Shown: positions 19,355-30,243 of the stretch, piece after piece
Numbering within the stretch: the stretch's first letter is position 1
Layout: each line of letters opens with the position of its first letter
Assembly: GCA_016868535.1 (NCBI GenBank)
Contig: VGGQ01000001.1
Location: forward strand, 16,567 to 80,566
Source of the DNA: Bacteroidota bacterium
GTDB lineage: Bacteria; Bacteroidota; Bacteroidia; NS11-12g; UBA955
Direction: 5' to 3'
Length of the DNA stretch: 64,000 bases
Position numbers and translations under genes: made by a program
The notes under the pieces: model-generated
What the model was told of the DNA's origin: nothing
The model's input: only the letters and a program-made list of their open reading frames with translations
Databases searched by the model: none

Positions 19355-21487
19355 ATGAGAAAACTTCTTTTGTTTACCTTAACCTTAGGATTATTCAGCA
19401 CCCGGCTCTTATCCCAAAACCAGGTTTTAACCGTAGAGGATTGTTTTAATCCGAAATATTCACCCGCAGGCTTGCGTGGTGTGCAATGGATTCCCAACAG
19501 CAACAGGTTCACTCAGATTAAAGGGAAGGCCATGTTATCCACCGATCCTGTAACACTTAAAAGCGACACATTGTTTACGGTTGAAAGCATGGCAGCACTT
19601 GCCTCAGCCGAAGGAGGCGAAATAAAGTCCATTCCATCGCTTACATGGAAATCTGATAATGAATGCTGGTTTATCAATAAAGGAAAACTTTTTGTTTACA
19701 ATACTTCCGACAAAACCCTAATAACGAAAAGAAAATTCACTCAAAATTACAATGCCATTGAAATTGCTGGAAGCACCCTGAATGCAGCGCTTATAGAGAA
19801 AGATAACATTTGCATTGTTACCGCAAGTGGGCCGAGAAGGATAACGCAGGATGGAGGTAATGGTATCGTTTATGGTCAATCAGTGCACCGCAATGAATTT
19901 GGCATTAATAAGGGTTTTTTCTGGAGCAACGATGGAAACAAACTGGCTTTCTACCGCATGGATGAAACCCGTGTAACTCAGTATCCGCTAACGGATATTT
20001 CAAATGGGCCTGCCCAAAATAGCTACATACGATACCCTATGGCTGGGGACAGCAGCCATTCAGTTGAAGTTGGCATTTATAATTGTCTTACCGAAGAAAT
20101 CATATACCTGCAAACGGATGGCCCTTACGATCAATATCTGACCAATATTGCATGGAGTCCGGGTGGACAATCTGTTTACCTGGCTTGGGTAAACCGCGAA
20201 CAGAATCACATGCAGTTGCGCAAATACAGGGCCGGCGATGGAAAACTTGACAAAGTGGTTTACGAGGAAAAAAACGAGAAATACGTAGAACCTGAGCATG
20301 CGCCTGTTTTCATTCCGGGCGAAGGCAACAAATGGCTTTGGATGAGCGAAAAATCGGGGTATAACCATATTTATCTGATGGATGATCGGCGTGAGCCCGT
20401 TCAGCTTACCAAAGGCAGCTGGGCCGTTACTGATTTCCTGGGATTTACCATAGATAATCAGGGTTTCTATTACGAAAGTACACAGGAAAGTCCGCTGCAG
20501 CGGCATGTTTACCTGTACAAGTTTAGTGACAGGAATCCCAAACCGGTAAAAATCACCAAAGGGGTTGGTACCCATAAATTACTTATTAATATTCATGCTG
20601 GTACATACCTGAATATTTACACATCTACTCAGGTTCCAAAAAGATACAGTGTGCACCAGCTTGACGGCACTTTGATCAATACTATTTTTGAAGACCCCAA
20701 TCCTTTATCCGGCTATCAAACAGGTGATATCCGCATTGAGCCGGTTATTCTGAACAACAATACCGCTCTTTACGGACGTATGTTTTTACCACCGAATTTC
20801 GATCCTAAAAAGAAATACCCGCTGCTTGTATATGTTTACGGAGGGCCACATGCGCAAATGGTTACCGAAAGCTGGCTTGGTGGCGGTTCTTTGTGGATGG
20901 TCTATCTGGCACAGAAAGGACTCATTGTATATACCATAGACAACAGAGGCAGTTCAAACCGTGGTTTCGAGTTTGAAAGTACCACGCATCGCAGACTGGG
21001 GACCATTGAAATGAACGATCAACTTTTTGCCCTGGAACAACTCATAAAACGGGGTTTTATTGATACCAATCGCATGGCAGTTCACGGATGGAGTTTCGGT
21101 GGATTTATGACAACAACCCTCATGACCCGATCACCCGGAACATTCAAACTTGGTGTGGCTGGCGGCCCCGTTATAGACTGGAAATTTTATGAAATCATGT
21201 ACACGGAGCGCTACATGGATAAACCTTCTGAAAACCCGGAAGGATACAAAAAAGCGAACCTGCTTGGCTATCTAGACAAACTTAAAGGCAAATTAATGCT
21301 TATCCATGGAATGGATGATGATGTGGTGGTTCCGCAGCACAGTTATATGTATTTGCTAGAGGCCGTTAAACAGATGAATACCCGAGTGGATTTTTATTTG
21401 TATCCGGGGCACAAACACAATGTGGTAGGACCTGACCGTGCGCATTTATATAAAAAAATAACCAATTACATCTTGGAAAACCTGTGA
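19355..21487 (+). CDS. S9-family serine peptidase, dipeptidyl-peptidase IV-like
   Basis: Signal peptide. 'GWSFGG' nucleophile elbow. C-terminal Asp/His region. True start MRKLLLF at 19355. Confidence 0.8.
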   Translation: MRKLLLFTLTLGLFSTRLLSQNQVLTVEDCFNPKYSPAGLRGVQWIPNSNRFTQIKGKAMLSTDPVTLKSDTLFTVESMAALASAEGGEIKSIPSLTWKSDNECWFINKGKLFVYNTSDKTLITKRKFTQNYNAIEIAGSTLNAALIEKDNICIVTASGPRRITQDGGNGIVYGQSVHRNEFGINKGFFWSNDGNKLAFYRMDETRVTQYPLTDISNGPAQNSYIRYPMAGDSSHSVEVGIYNCLTEEIIYLQTDGPYDQYLTNIAWSPGGQSVYLAWVNREQNHMQLRKYRAGDGKLDKVVYEEKNEKYVEPEHAPVFIPGEGNKWLWMSEKSGYNHIYLMDDRREPVQLTKGSWAVTDFLGFTIDNQGFYYESTQESPLQRHVYLYKFSDRNPKPVKITKGVGTHKLLINIHAGTYLNIYTSTQVPKRYSVHQLDGTLINTIFEDPNPLSGYQTGDIRIEPVILNNNTALYGRMFLPPNFDPKKKYPLLVYVYGGPHAQMVTESWLGGGSLWMVYLAQKGLIVYTIDNRGSSNRGFEFESTTHRRLGTIEMNDQLFALEQLIKRGFIDTNRMAVHGWSFGGFMTTTLMTRSPGTFKLGVAGGPVIDWKFYEIMYTERYMDKPSENPEGYKKANLLGYLDKLKGKLMLIHGMDDDVVVPQHSYMYLLEAVKQMNTRVDFYLYPGHKHNVVGPDRAHLYKKITNYILENL

Positions 21488-22344
21488 TTGAAACCCTGCA
21501 AATAGTGGAATGTCCGCGTGATGCCATGCAGGCTATCAAGGGTTTTATCCCCACGAAAGTGAAGATTGATTATTTTAGAAAATTGCTGGCTTGTGGCTTT
21601 CATACATTGGACTGCGGCAGTTTCGTAAATCCGTCAGCGGTGCCCCAAATGGCAGATACTGCTGATGTATTAAGCAGCATTGGAGATGTTAAAGGCAATA
21701 CGAAGTTGCTAGTAATTGTTGCCAATGAACGCGGTGCGGCAAGAACCATCGCTTATCCCACGGTAAATTATCTTGGCTATCCGTTTAGCGTGAATGAAAC
21801 CTTCCAGCGCAGAAATACCAACAGCAGCAGCACGGATGCTTTCATCCGCATGCGCAAGATTCATGAGCTAGCATCGATTGCCGGCAAAGAACTTGTGGTA
21901 TATATCAGCATGGCATTCGGCAATCCTTATGCTGAAGCGTATGACCGCGAAAAAGTTGTTGAATGGGTCGACAGGATTGTAAATGAGGGGATAACAACAA
22001 TAAGCCTGGCCGATACGGTAGGACATGCAAGAACGGAAGATATCAGCTATCTTTTCAATACCCTGTCCCGGCGGCACCCCGAAGTGGTGTTCGGAGCCCA
22101 TTTTCACGCCCGTCCGGATGCCTGGCAAAACAAAGTTCAGGCCGCATGGAATGCAGGGTGCCGGCGCTTTGACAGCGCAATTTTAGGTTTTGGAGGTTGC
22201 CCTTTTGCCAACGACGAACTTACCGGAAATATCCCAACAGAAGGGCTGCTAGCATGGATAAACACCCATTCCCCATCAAACATAAATACTGAGTCCTTTG
22301 CTATTGCCCTCTCTAGAGCTTCTAATGCCTACAGCGGGCATTAA
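21484..22344 (+). CDS. Hydroxymethylglutaryl-CoA lyase
   Basis: HMGL-like TIM-barrel N-terminus 'VECPRDAMQ'. GTG start overlaps the stop of the upstream gene (GTGA). Confidence 0.7.
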   Translation: MIETLQIVECPRDAMQAIKGFIPTKVKIDYFRKLLACGFHTLDCGSFVNPSAVPQMADTADVLSSIGDVKGNTKLLVIVANERGAARTIAYPTVNYLGYPFSVNETFQRRNTNSSSTDAFIRMRKIHELASIAGKELVVYISMAFGNPYAEAYDREKVVEWVDRIVNEGITTISLADTVGHARTEDISYLFNTLSRRHPEVVFGAHFHARPDAWQNKVQAAWNAGCRRFDSAILGFGGCPFANDELTGNIPTEGLLAWINTHSPSNINTESFAIALSRASNAYSGH

Positions 22345-22347
22345 CTG

Positions 22348-23082
22348 TCAGCGCCTGATGGTATTTAACCTTTGCACAATTTCCATCAATCCATCGCGGT
22401 AATTCTTACCTACAGGAATTTCCTTGTTGCCTACTTTGATTCCGCTGCTGTGAACAGAGGCTATTTTATCTATAGCCACAATATAACTTCTGTGAACACG
22501 GATAAACCTGTCGGACGGCAGACCCTGCTCCATATTTTTCATGGTTTGCAGTGTCACAATCCGCTTGTCATCCGAAGTCCATATTTTTACATAATCGGCA
22601 AACGCTTCTACCAGCCAGATATCGGTAAATGAAACTTTTAGCAGTTTACCATCGCTTTTAATAAAAACAGAGCCTTCTGAAAGTTCAGAATTGTTTTTTT
22701 GCACTGATGCACGCAAATCAAAATATTCTGACAGCCTTTTTATTGTTTTGGCCAAACGACCCGGTGAAATAGGCTTCAACAGGAAATCAAGTGCTTCAAT
22801 TTCAAATGCTTCTGCCGCATATTCCTGATGAGCTGTTGTAAAAACCACTACACAGCCGTTATCCGTAATGCTACGGGCAAATTCAATTCCGCTTACTCCC
22901 GGCATGTTTATGTCGCTGAAAACTACGTGGACCTTGTTGTTTTTAAGATAATCCATGGCCTCTAGGCCATGGCCAAACGTTTTTTCTATTTTTACTTCCG
23001 GATGAATTGCCAGCAGGGTTTGCATAACCTCAAGCGCAAGGGGTTCATCGTCTACACATACACAGCGCAATATTTCAGACAT
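22348..23082 (-). CDS. LytTR-family response regulator
   Basis: Receiver domain 'CVDDEPLALE' plus a LytTR DNA-binding C-terminus. Confidence 0.8.
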   Translation of the reverse strand: MSEILRCVCVDDEPLALEVMQTLLAIHPEVKIEKTFGHGLEAMDYLKNNKVHVVFSDINMPGVSGIEFARSITDNGCVVVFTTAHQEYAAEAFEIEALDFLLKPISPGRLAKTIKRLSEYFDLRASVQKNNSELSEGSVFIKSDGKLLKVSFTDIWLVEAFADYVKIWTSDDKRIVTLQTMKNMEQGLPSDRFIRVHRSYIVAIDKIASVHSSGIKVGNKEIPVGKNYRDGLMEIVQRLNTIRR

Positions 23083-23086
23083 ATAT

Positions 23087-24133
23087 TCAGGTATTTAATG
23101 CAAGTTTAACATGATATTCGGTTTCCCTGTCATTTACCTCCAAAGCATATTTTTCTGGATAAATTATATCAAGACGCTTTTTCAGGTTGGCCATTCCTAT
23201 CCCTCCCAGCCCGCTTTGGGTTTCGGTGATTTTTGCAGGCTTAGAATTGGATATTTCAAATATAATCTCCGATACTGTCGCCTCCAGCTTTATTTTTATC
23301 CAGGCATCGGCTATAGTGTTAAATGCACCGTGTTTAACACTATTTTCAAGAAATGTAAGAAAAAGCATGGGCTCTATCTGCACTTCATTCAAATTCCCCC
23401 GGGTTTCAAATTCAATTTCAGCCCTGCTGCCGAGTCTTATTTTCTCAAGGTCTATGTAATCCTTTAAATACTGAACTTCTTTTGACAGAAGTACACGCCC
23501 ATCTGCAGCTTCATAAAGAACATAACGAAGAATATTGCTCAGTCGCAATACCACTTCAGGCGCCAGGTCGCTCTTCTTCAATGTTAATGCATACAGATTA
23601 TTGAGGCAGTTAAACAAAAAGTGTGGATTTATCTGTGATTTTAGAAATTTGAGTTCGGTCTTGGTATTAATCTGCTGAAGCCTTCTTCTTACCTGTTCGC
23701 CCTGATACCAGTTTTTCAGCAATTTGAGCACCAGACTCAAGACCACGCTGAACAGCACGGAGAGGGCAATTAGAATAAAGAAATTCCATGACCATACCAT
23801 GTTTTTTAGATCCCGGTTATTTACCAGTTTATGAATGATAACGGATATTGGAAATACTGTTGCCGCAATGGTAAGTATCAATACAATGATGTAGGTAGTA
23901 TACTGACGGCTGTAGAGGTATTTATTGACAAAATAATAATTATTTACATAGCATACTGCTGCATGGAAAGTAAGAATCAATGAAGAAAAGAGAAGCCACT
24001 CCCTTAAGTTCTTACCCGGCTGAATAGAGATAGCAACAACGAAAGCATAGCAAAACCAATAAAAAATGTGATACAGCCTGTACTGGTTTACAAACCTGCT
24101 GGCCGAAGTAAAGATATTTCTAAAGAAGGACAA
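23087..24133 (-). CDS. LytS-type sensor histidine kinase (His_kinase/PF06580)
   Basis: TM N-terminus. 'QINPHFLFNCLNNLYAL' motif. HATPase C-terminus. Confidence 0.75.
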   Translation of the reverse strand: MSFFRNIFTSASRFVNQYRLYHIFYWFCYAFVVAISIQPGKNLREWLLFSSLILTFHAAVCYVNNYYFVNKYLYSRQYTTYIIVLILTIAATVFPISVIIHKLVNNRDLKNMVWSWNFFILIALSVLFSVVLSLVLKLLKNWYQGEQVRRRLQQINTKTELKFLKSQINPHFLFNCLNNLYALTLKKSDLAPEVVLRLSNILRYVLYEAADGRVLLSKEVQYLKDYIDLEKIRLGSRAEIEFETRGNLNEVQIEPMLFLTFLENSVKHGAFNTIADAWIKIKLEATVSEIIFEISNSKPAKITETQSGLGGIGMANLKKRLDIIYPEKYALEVNDRETEYHVKLALNT

Positions 24134-24142
24134 TTGGCGAAA

Positions 24143-24376
24143 TTATCTGCCCATGAACAGGGTAATCAAACGAATTCCCCATTCTGCGTATATCCCTGAT
24201 TCTTCCACATTGGCTCCAAGTGAAGGTTTATCTTCCACCATCTCTTTTTGGGTACTGTTATTTTCCTGACAGGAAAAATAACGCTGGGCTGCCCAAAACC
24301 CAATTATATTGAGTGTAAGGAGCAAGAGTATCACATTTGACTTGGCAGAAATCCTGTAGGGAAACGACATTTTCAT
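24143..24376 (-). CDS. Small hypothetical membrane/secreted protein
   Basis: 77 aa with one hydrophobic segment. Sits between the sulfatase-family gene and the HK gene. Confidence 0.25.
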   Translation of the reverse strand: MKMSFPYRISAKSNVILLLLTLNIIGFWAAQRYFSCQENNSTQKEMVEDKPSLGANVEESGIYAEWGIRLITLFMGR

Positions 24377-24466
24377 TCCAAAAATAGTGAATTTATTCTA
24401 AAATTACAATACCTTTTGATTAATAGACACAAAAATCCCGCCAAAGGTTACAGCAAATCAAAAAAA

Positions 24467-26368
24467 TTAATATCTTAGATATTTGACAATCTGCCTGTAC
24501 TGAAAAACCTGGCCAAGCTTTATAATACTATCGCAAAGTTTTTGCCTGCCGTTCACGAAAGTGGATGTCTTGGGTTGGTTATGAAAGACAACTTCAGCGC
24601 TGCCTTCTACAACACCAAACCCACTGTTGAAGAAATAAACAGCCGGCGAACGTCGGTTTGTATTGAGCAAACTGGCTGAATTTTTAAAATTTAATTTTTT
24701 AGGGGACAACAACCCCTGACTCAAGGTTTCGGCAATATCGCATTGGGAAGCAACCCGGTTTATTTTTAAACCTCTCAGGTCAGGATGAAGGGCAGGGCCC
24801 CAGAAAAAAAGCGGTATATGAAAATGTCCGGATCTGTCAAATTGCGTTTCAGTATAGCCAAAATCCCGGCCATGGTCTGCCACAAAAACAAAAAGTGTTT
24901 GTTTGTACCATGGCATTTTAGCGGCTTCTGTCAAAAAACGTCTGATACAGTTGTCTGTATATCCTATGCTGTTCAAAAAATCTTTGTGTGAAGATTCTCC
25001 ATTGAAATAGGGGCCTCCGGGAACATCATAGGGTTCATGGCTGCTGAGTGTAAGCATTACATGAAAAAAGGGCTCTTTTTCTTCACTGCTTATTTTTAAG
25101 AACTTTTTCAGCGCCCATTCATCATGAGCCCCCCACTTAGAGGTAACTTCCGCACTAATGAAATCAGCCTGATCCCTGACCGATTGAAACCCGGCGGCAA
25201 ACAGATATGAGCGCATATTGGCAAATCCAAGATCTCCGCCGTATAAAAAACTTGTCTTATATCCATTTTCATTGAAAAGCCTAGCCAGTGAAGGCAATTT
25301 GGCGGCTTTGTCAGGCTCGTGAAGGATACTTTGCCAGGGCTGGCCATGCCACGCACTGAGAACAGCTGCGAGTCCTTTATCGGTTCTGTCGCCGGATGCA
25401 TAGGCTCGCTTCATGGTAAATCCGGCCTTTTGAAGGCTGTCCAGAAACGGCATCGCATTGTGTTTCCCTGTGAGGTATTTGGACCCATACGCAGAAAAAC
25501 TTTCCATGATTATCAAACACACGTTAGGCTTCGACATATCGCTGAGCGGAGCACCAACCACTGTGTCGCTGAAGTAATACTTAATTCTACCTTCATCATT
25601 GTCTGTGTGGCAATAATGGTATGATTCTGCATCTATTGTTTCATTTTTATTTATGAGAAAATAGAGAAAATTCCAGCCACTGTTAATAGCAGCCATATTG
25701 GCAGCCGGTTTTACAGAAAACACGGCTACACTCTGATTGATGGGAATATTTCCGAAACCGCCCCTTATGGGAATAATAAAAAACGCAGCTGTGATGATTG
25801 ATTTAACGGCTGTATACATGTGCTGTGCGGGTGTCTGCGATGATTTGACTATCGCTTTTGCCAGCAACGTAAGGTATCTGTAAAACAGCAGCGTAAAGGC
25901 AACCCAGCAGATAACAATACCTGTCCATTGAGCCTCTGAAGAAGACGCCGCGGCCTCGCTCGGGGAATACAAATATTGCAGGGCCTGCCGGTTAAATTTT
26001 GTTCCCCATACCGCAAACAGTTCTGCATCAGCCAGGCTAATAATGATGGTAACCTGAAGAAAGATTACACCCAAGGCAATGAATAAAAACCTGAAAAGCT
26101 GCTGATGAAGTGACTTGCCAAGCCAGTAGGCAAAAATGCTTAACACCAGAAAATAAGACACAAATGCCAGATCAAGCGTAAAACCTGAGATAAAAGAATA
26201 AACTATCTCGGAAAAAGTTAATTCATAGAATGCTCCCTTGAGTATCAGAAACAGGCATCTGCCAATCCATTGAAGCATCATGCTCCATAGCAATACTTTA
26301 CTTAAAAATGAAAAAAAAACAAGCGATGCAGGGTTTTTAAGATTGCTATGCGAAACGGATTTGCTCAA
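24467..26368 (-). CDS. LTA-synthase/sulfatase-family membrane protein (phosphoglycerol- or phosphoethanolamine-transferase-like)
   Basis: Multi-TM N-terminus plus an extracytoplasmic sulfatase-like domain. Confidence 0.65.
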   Translation of the reverse strand: MSKSVSHSNLKNPASLVFFSFLSKVLLWSMMLQWIGRCLFLILKGAFYELTFSEIVYSFISGFTLDLAFVSYFLVLSIFAYWLGKSLHQQLFRFLFIALGVIFLQVTIIISLADAELFAVWGTKFNRQALQYLYSPSEAAASSSEAQWTGIVICWVAFTLLFYRYLTLLAKAIVKSSQTPAQHMYTAVKSIITAAFFIIPIRGGFGNIPINQSVAVFSVKPAANMAAINSGWNFLYFLINKNETIDAESYHYCHTDNDEGRIKYYFSDTVVGAPLSDMSKPNVCLIIMESFSAYGSKYLTGKHNAMPFLDSLQKAGFTMKRAYASGDRTDKGLAAVLSAWHGQPWQSILHEPDKAAKLPSLARLFNENGYKTSFLYGGDLGFANMRSYLFAAGFQSVRDQADFISAEVTSKWGAHDEWALKKFLKISSEEKEPFFHVMLTLSSHEPYDVPGGPYFNGESSHKDFLNSIGYTDNCIRRFLTEAAKMPWYKQTLFVFVADHGRDFGYTETQFDRSGHFHIPLFFWGPALHPDLRGLKINRVASQCDIAETLSQGLLSPKKLNFKNSASLLNTNRRSPAVYFFNSGFGVVEGSAEVVFHNQPKTSTFVNGRQKLCDSIIKLGQVFQYRQIVKYLRY

Positions 26369-28233
26369 TTTAGCTTAAGGAATCTGCAGGTTAATCCCTG
26401 GCCACACGGTTTTGCAACATACATCCCATCCGGCAAATCTGAAACATCGAGAACATTGCCATTCAGCATGCGCTGAATTTCCCTGCCATCAGCGGTTATT
26501 ATGCTGATGACCTGATTGGATATTGCCCCTGAAAAATGAATAATACCGTGGGTGGGATTGGGATAAATACGCATTTCGGACGCTTGGTAAACGGATTTGA
26601 TGCTGCTGAGCGCCACCAGAATGTAATTTGTTCTGGTCAATGAATCAATCCCATTGCCATTGGCGGCAACCAATTTAACGGAATAGGTTCCTGCTACCGA
26701 AAATTTAACCTGCGGAAATTGACTTGTAGAGTCTGTACCGGCAACGTAACTAAAACTCCTGGGTGTTATGATCCAGTCCCATTTTGTAGGCGCATTGGCG
26801 CTCATATCCACCAGCTGTGCATCTTCTGAAATGCTGAGCACGGCTTTTACAGCTAAAAAATCTACTGCCGGTTTGGCCGATGTGTTGGTACTTACGTTGA
26901 TATAGTTATTGCGCGTAAGGGGCACACTGCCCGAAGGATTACTGGCAGTAAGAGTTACGTTATAAGATCCCGTGGCATTGAAGGAAACATAAATAACCGT
27001 ATCTGTCAGTTTACCGCCTACCTGAAGGGTATAGGTAGAAGGCGAAATGTTCCAGATAACGGAAGTAAAGAAAGAGCTCTTGTTGGTAAGTTTCACGGTT
27101 TGACCTACAGTGGGCATCACATTGTTGCAGATAAAATAGGGAACTGCTGCCTGAATAATGGGGATGCGGCGAACAACATTATTTTCCCTATCACACACAT
27201 AAATACTTTTGTCTTTACTGCGGTAGGCCATGAGTCCAAGTTCACCAAAGCGTGCACTGCTATCGTTGCCTTCTTTGTAATCTGAAACTCCGGGCTTGCC
27301 TGCATAAACACGCAGTTTGTTGCCATCCCACATTTTTATACAATAATTATCCGCAATAAAAATAAGCCCATCTACGGCAAGGACATCAGAAGGTGCCACA
27401 AGTCCGCTGACCACGGTACTAACCTGCGCTGTGGCGAGGTTTACACGTCTGATCTTACCGTTGTTTCGGTCAGCTACCAGCAGGCTGTTGGTCCCTTCAA
27501 GACAAATTCCGGCCGGCGCATAAAAACGGGCATTGCTGCCAATTCCGTCGGCATATCCATAAGTGAGACCTTTGCCGGCAAAAGTAGTTACGTTATTCCC
27601 CGATATCTTGCGAATACAGTCATTCCCGTAATCCGAAACATAAGCGGTGCCGTCAGTAGTAATAACCAGATCTTCAGGACTGCTGAAATATGCCGCTGAT
27701 TTTGCACCATCCAAGTAATCACCAAGAAATGTGTATTTACCTGCATATGCATTATCATCATCCGGATTGATTTTGCTCAATCCATCCCAAATAGTCGGGT
27801 TCGAAGTGTTTACAAAACCGGTTCCAGAGCGAATCTGTCCGTTATCGGTATCGCATACATAAATAGAATTTGTTTTTGGGTGAACATAAATACCGCGCGG
27901 ATTGTTAAAATATGCTTGGGTGCCAGTAGCCCTGTAACGACCTATGGCTCCTGGGGACGTAGGATCGAGCAAATAACCACCACGCTGTATGCTATTCCCT
28001 CCATACAGAATAATTATATTATGCTGATCACTCAGCCAAATATTCCCACCTGTATCTACACATATACCGAAAGGATTGCTGTAATAATCATCAAGTAAAG
28101 GATTGGAAGCAACACCGATATACTTTCCTAAGCCAACATACTGCTTACCCGCATAAGTTGATACCGTTTGTGCGAAGGCCCACTGAGCCGCAAATATTGG
28201 CAGCATTGCCAGACATGTCTTTTTCATAATCAT
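26365..28233 (-). CDS. Secreted NHL-repeat / PKD-domain protein with T9SS C-terminal sorting domain
   Basis: Signal peptide. Repeated NHL-like 'GIAVD/DRNN' segments. C-terminal 'RIYPNPTHGIIHF...' type-A CTD. Confidence 0.6.
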   Translation of the reverse strand: MIMKKTCLAMLPIFAAQWAFAQTVSTYAGKQYVGLGKYIGVASNPLLDDYYSNPFGICVDTGGNIWLSDQHNIIILYGGNSIQRGGYLLDPTSPGAIGRYRATGTQAYFNNPRGIYVHPKTNSIYVCDTDNGQIRSGTGFVNTSNPTIWDGLSKINPDDDNAYAGKYTFLGDYLDGAKSAAYFSSPEDLVITTDGTAYVSDYGNDCIRKISGNNVTTFAGKGLTYGYADGIGSNARFYAPAGICLEGTNSLLVADRNNGKIRRVNLATAQVSTVVSGLVAPSDVLAVDGLIFIADNYCIKMWDGNKLRVYAGKPGVSDYKEGNDSSARFGELGLMAYRSKDKSIYVCDRENNVVRRIPIIQAAVPYFICNNVMPTVGQTVKLTNKSSFFTSVIWNISPSTYTLQVGGKLTDTVIYVSFNATGSYNVTLTASNPSGSVPLTRNNYINVSTNTSAKPAVDFLAVKAVLSISEDAQLVDMSANAPTKWDWIITPRSFSYVAGTDSTSQFPQVKFSVAGTYSVKLVAANGNGIDSLTRTNYILVALSSIKSVYQASEMRIYPNPTHGIIHFSGAISNQVISIITADGREIQRMLNGNVLDVSDLPDGMYVAKPCGQGLTCRFLKLN

Positions 28234-29192
28234 ACGAAATTAATCAAGGTGTTTTTAATGGCATTTTCAATTTCTTCCACCGCATGTTCATAACTGCGGG
28301 GTTTAAAATCTTTGCCTGTCATTGCCAAGTAAAGTTCCACGTAGCGTTTGGTAATAGATTCAACAAATAGATCCGGAATATCGGGCATTAACTGACCTTC
28401 GAGACCCTGAAATCCGCTCTCCATAAGCCATTCGCGCACAAACTCTTTACTTAGCTGTCTTTGCGGCTTGCCTTCCTGCTGAAGTTCATTGTAGGTATTG
28501 GCATAAAAAAACCGGCTGCTGTCAGGCGTATGAACCTCATCAATCAGATAAATTTCATCGTTGTGTAAACCGAATTCATATTTAGTATCCACCAGCATCA
28601 GACCTTTGGATGCGGCATATTCCGAACCCCGTTGAAAAAGCCTGAGAGATATATTACGCATGGATTCCCAGCGCTCGGAACTGAGCAGTTTTCTAGACAA
28701 AATTTCTTCTGCAGAAATATCCTCATCATGACCGCTAACTGCCTTTTTGGCCGGTGTAACAATTGGCTCAGGGAATTTGTCGTTTTCTTTTAAACCTTCA
28801 GGAAGCGCATTTCCGCAAAGCAACCTACCACCATCCCTGTAAACCCGCCAGGCGTGGCCCGTAAGGTATTGCCTGACCACAAACTCTATGGGAATGGCAT
28901 CACAGCGCTTACCTACAGTCACATGAGGATCTGGTGTTGCCAGTTTCCAGTTGGGCACTATATCTGCTGTCAGATCCAGGAACATGGAAGCAATTTCTGT
29001 AAGAACCTGCCCCTTATAGGGTATGCTTTTAGGCAAAACATGATCAAAAGCAGATATTCGGTCGGTGGCTACAATAACCAGTAAATTATCGGATATGGTA
29101 TACACATCACGTACTTTGCCGCGGTAAAAGGCGGTTTGATTGTTAAAAAAAAACTGGGTAGAGGTAAGTGCTTTCATTGCTCTTATTATCAC
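28230..29192 (-). CDS. purC: Phosphoribosylaminoimidazole-succinocarboxamide synthase
   Basis: 'YRGKVRDVY...TDRISAFD' SAICAR synthetase signature. Confidence 0.85.
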   Translation of the reverse strand: MIIRAMKALTSTQFFFNNQTAFYRGKVRDVYTISDNLLVIVATDRISAFDHVLPKSIPYKGQVLTEIASMFLDLTADIVPNWKLATPDPHVTVGKRCDAIPIEFVVRQYLTGHAWRVYRDGGRLLCGNALPEGLKENDKFPEPIVTPAKKAVSGHDEDISAEEILSRKLLSSERWESMRNISLRLFQRGSEYAASKGLMLVDTKYEFGLHNDEIYLIDEVHTPDSSRFFYANTYNELQQEGKPQRQLSKEFVREWLMESGFQGLEGQLMPDIPDLFVESITKRYVELYLAMTGKDFKPRSYEHAVEEIENAIKNTLINFV

Positions 29193-29261
29193 TGATTACT
29201 TTGCTAGGGCAAAAATAAAACGCCCCTCCCTCACACTTTACAACGAGATATCCTCATTTTC

Positions 29262-30200
29262 CTAGCTTTTGTCGTAGGCACCTATAATTTCCTTTACGAG
29301 CCGATGCCTGACTACATCATCTGCATTCAGATGTATCATACTGATCCCCTCAATCCTCTGCAAAATTTTAAGTGCCCTGAACAATCCGCTTTGTTGTTTG
29401 CGAGGCAAATCTATCTGTGTTAAATCGCCGGTTATAATCAGTTTGGCATTGGGCCCCATTCGGGTCAGAAACATTTTTAGCTGAGGATCCGTTGTATTCT
29501 GGGCTTCATCCAGAATTACATAACAGTTATCCAGTGTTCGACCTCTCATAAATGCAAGCGGAGCAATTTCAACGTTGCGGCTCTCAATCATACTCTTGAG
29601 TTTATCCACAGGAATCATATCTTCCAGTGCATCGTACAATGGTCGCAAATATGGATCGATTTTCTCTTTCAAATCACCGGGTAAAAACCCAAGATTCTCA
29701 CCGGCTTCAACCGCCGGTCGTGTAAGAATAATTCTTCTGATTTCACGCTCTTTCAGTGCCAAAACAGCCAGTGCAACTGCCGTGTAGGTTTTACCCGTGC
29801 CGGCAGGTCCGATTGCAAATAAGATATCGTTTTTCTTGGCAGACTTTACCATGGCGCGCTGATTTGCGGTCCGGGCTTTGATCTTTTGTCCCCGGGTGCC
29901 AATCAACAAAACATCGTCATCGGCATCCCCTGAGAGTTCTGCGGTCTGGTTACCACCAAAAACATCTTTCAGGGTATGGACGTTCAATTCTCCTTTTTTC
30001 AGGTAAATCTGCTCCAGCAATTCCATCTTGGATGCAAAATTTTCGAGTTCCGATTCTTCTCCCAAAACCTTTATCTCATCTCCCCTTGCCACAAACTGAA
30101 GTTTGGGGAATTTGGCTTTTATAAGGTTCAGATTTGTGTTATTCACCCCATAAAATACCTGGGGGTTGATGATTTCCAGCGTGTAAACTCTTTCTGTCAA
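29262..30200 (-). CDS. phoH: PhoH-family ATPase
   Basis: 'IGPAGTGKTYTAVALAV' Walker A and PhoH-like C-terminus. Confidence 0.85.
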   Translation of the reverse strand: MTERVYTLEIINPQVFYGVNNTNLNLIKAKFPKLQFVARGDEIKVLGEESELENFASKMELLEQIYLKKGELNVHTLKDVFGGNQTAELSGDADDDVLLIGTRGQKIKARTANQRAMVKSAKKNDILFAIGPAGTGKTYTAVALAVLALKEREIRRIILTRPAVEAGENLGFLPGDLKEKIDPYLRPLYDALEDMIPVDKLKSMIESRNVEIAPLAFMRGRTLDNCYVILDEAQNTTDPQLKMFLTRMGPNAKLIITGDLTQIDLPRKQQSGLFRALKILQRIEGISMIHLNADDVVRHRLVKEIIGAYDKS

Positions 30201-30243
30201 TGGTTAGGGTTTTATCTTTGCGCAAATATATCGAATTGAAGTA

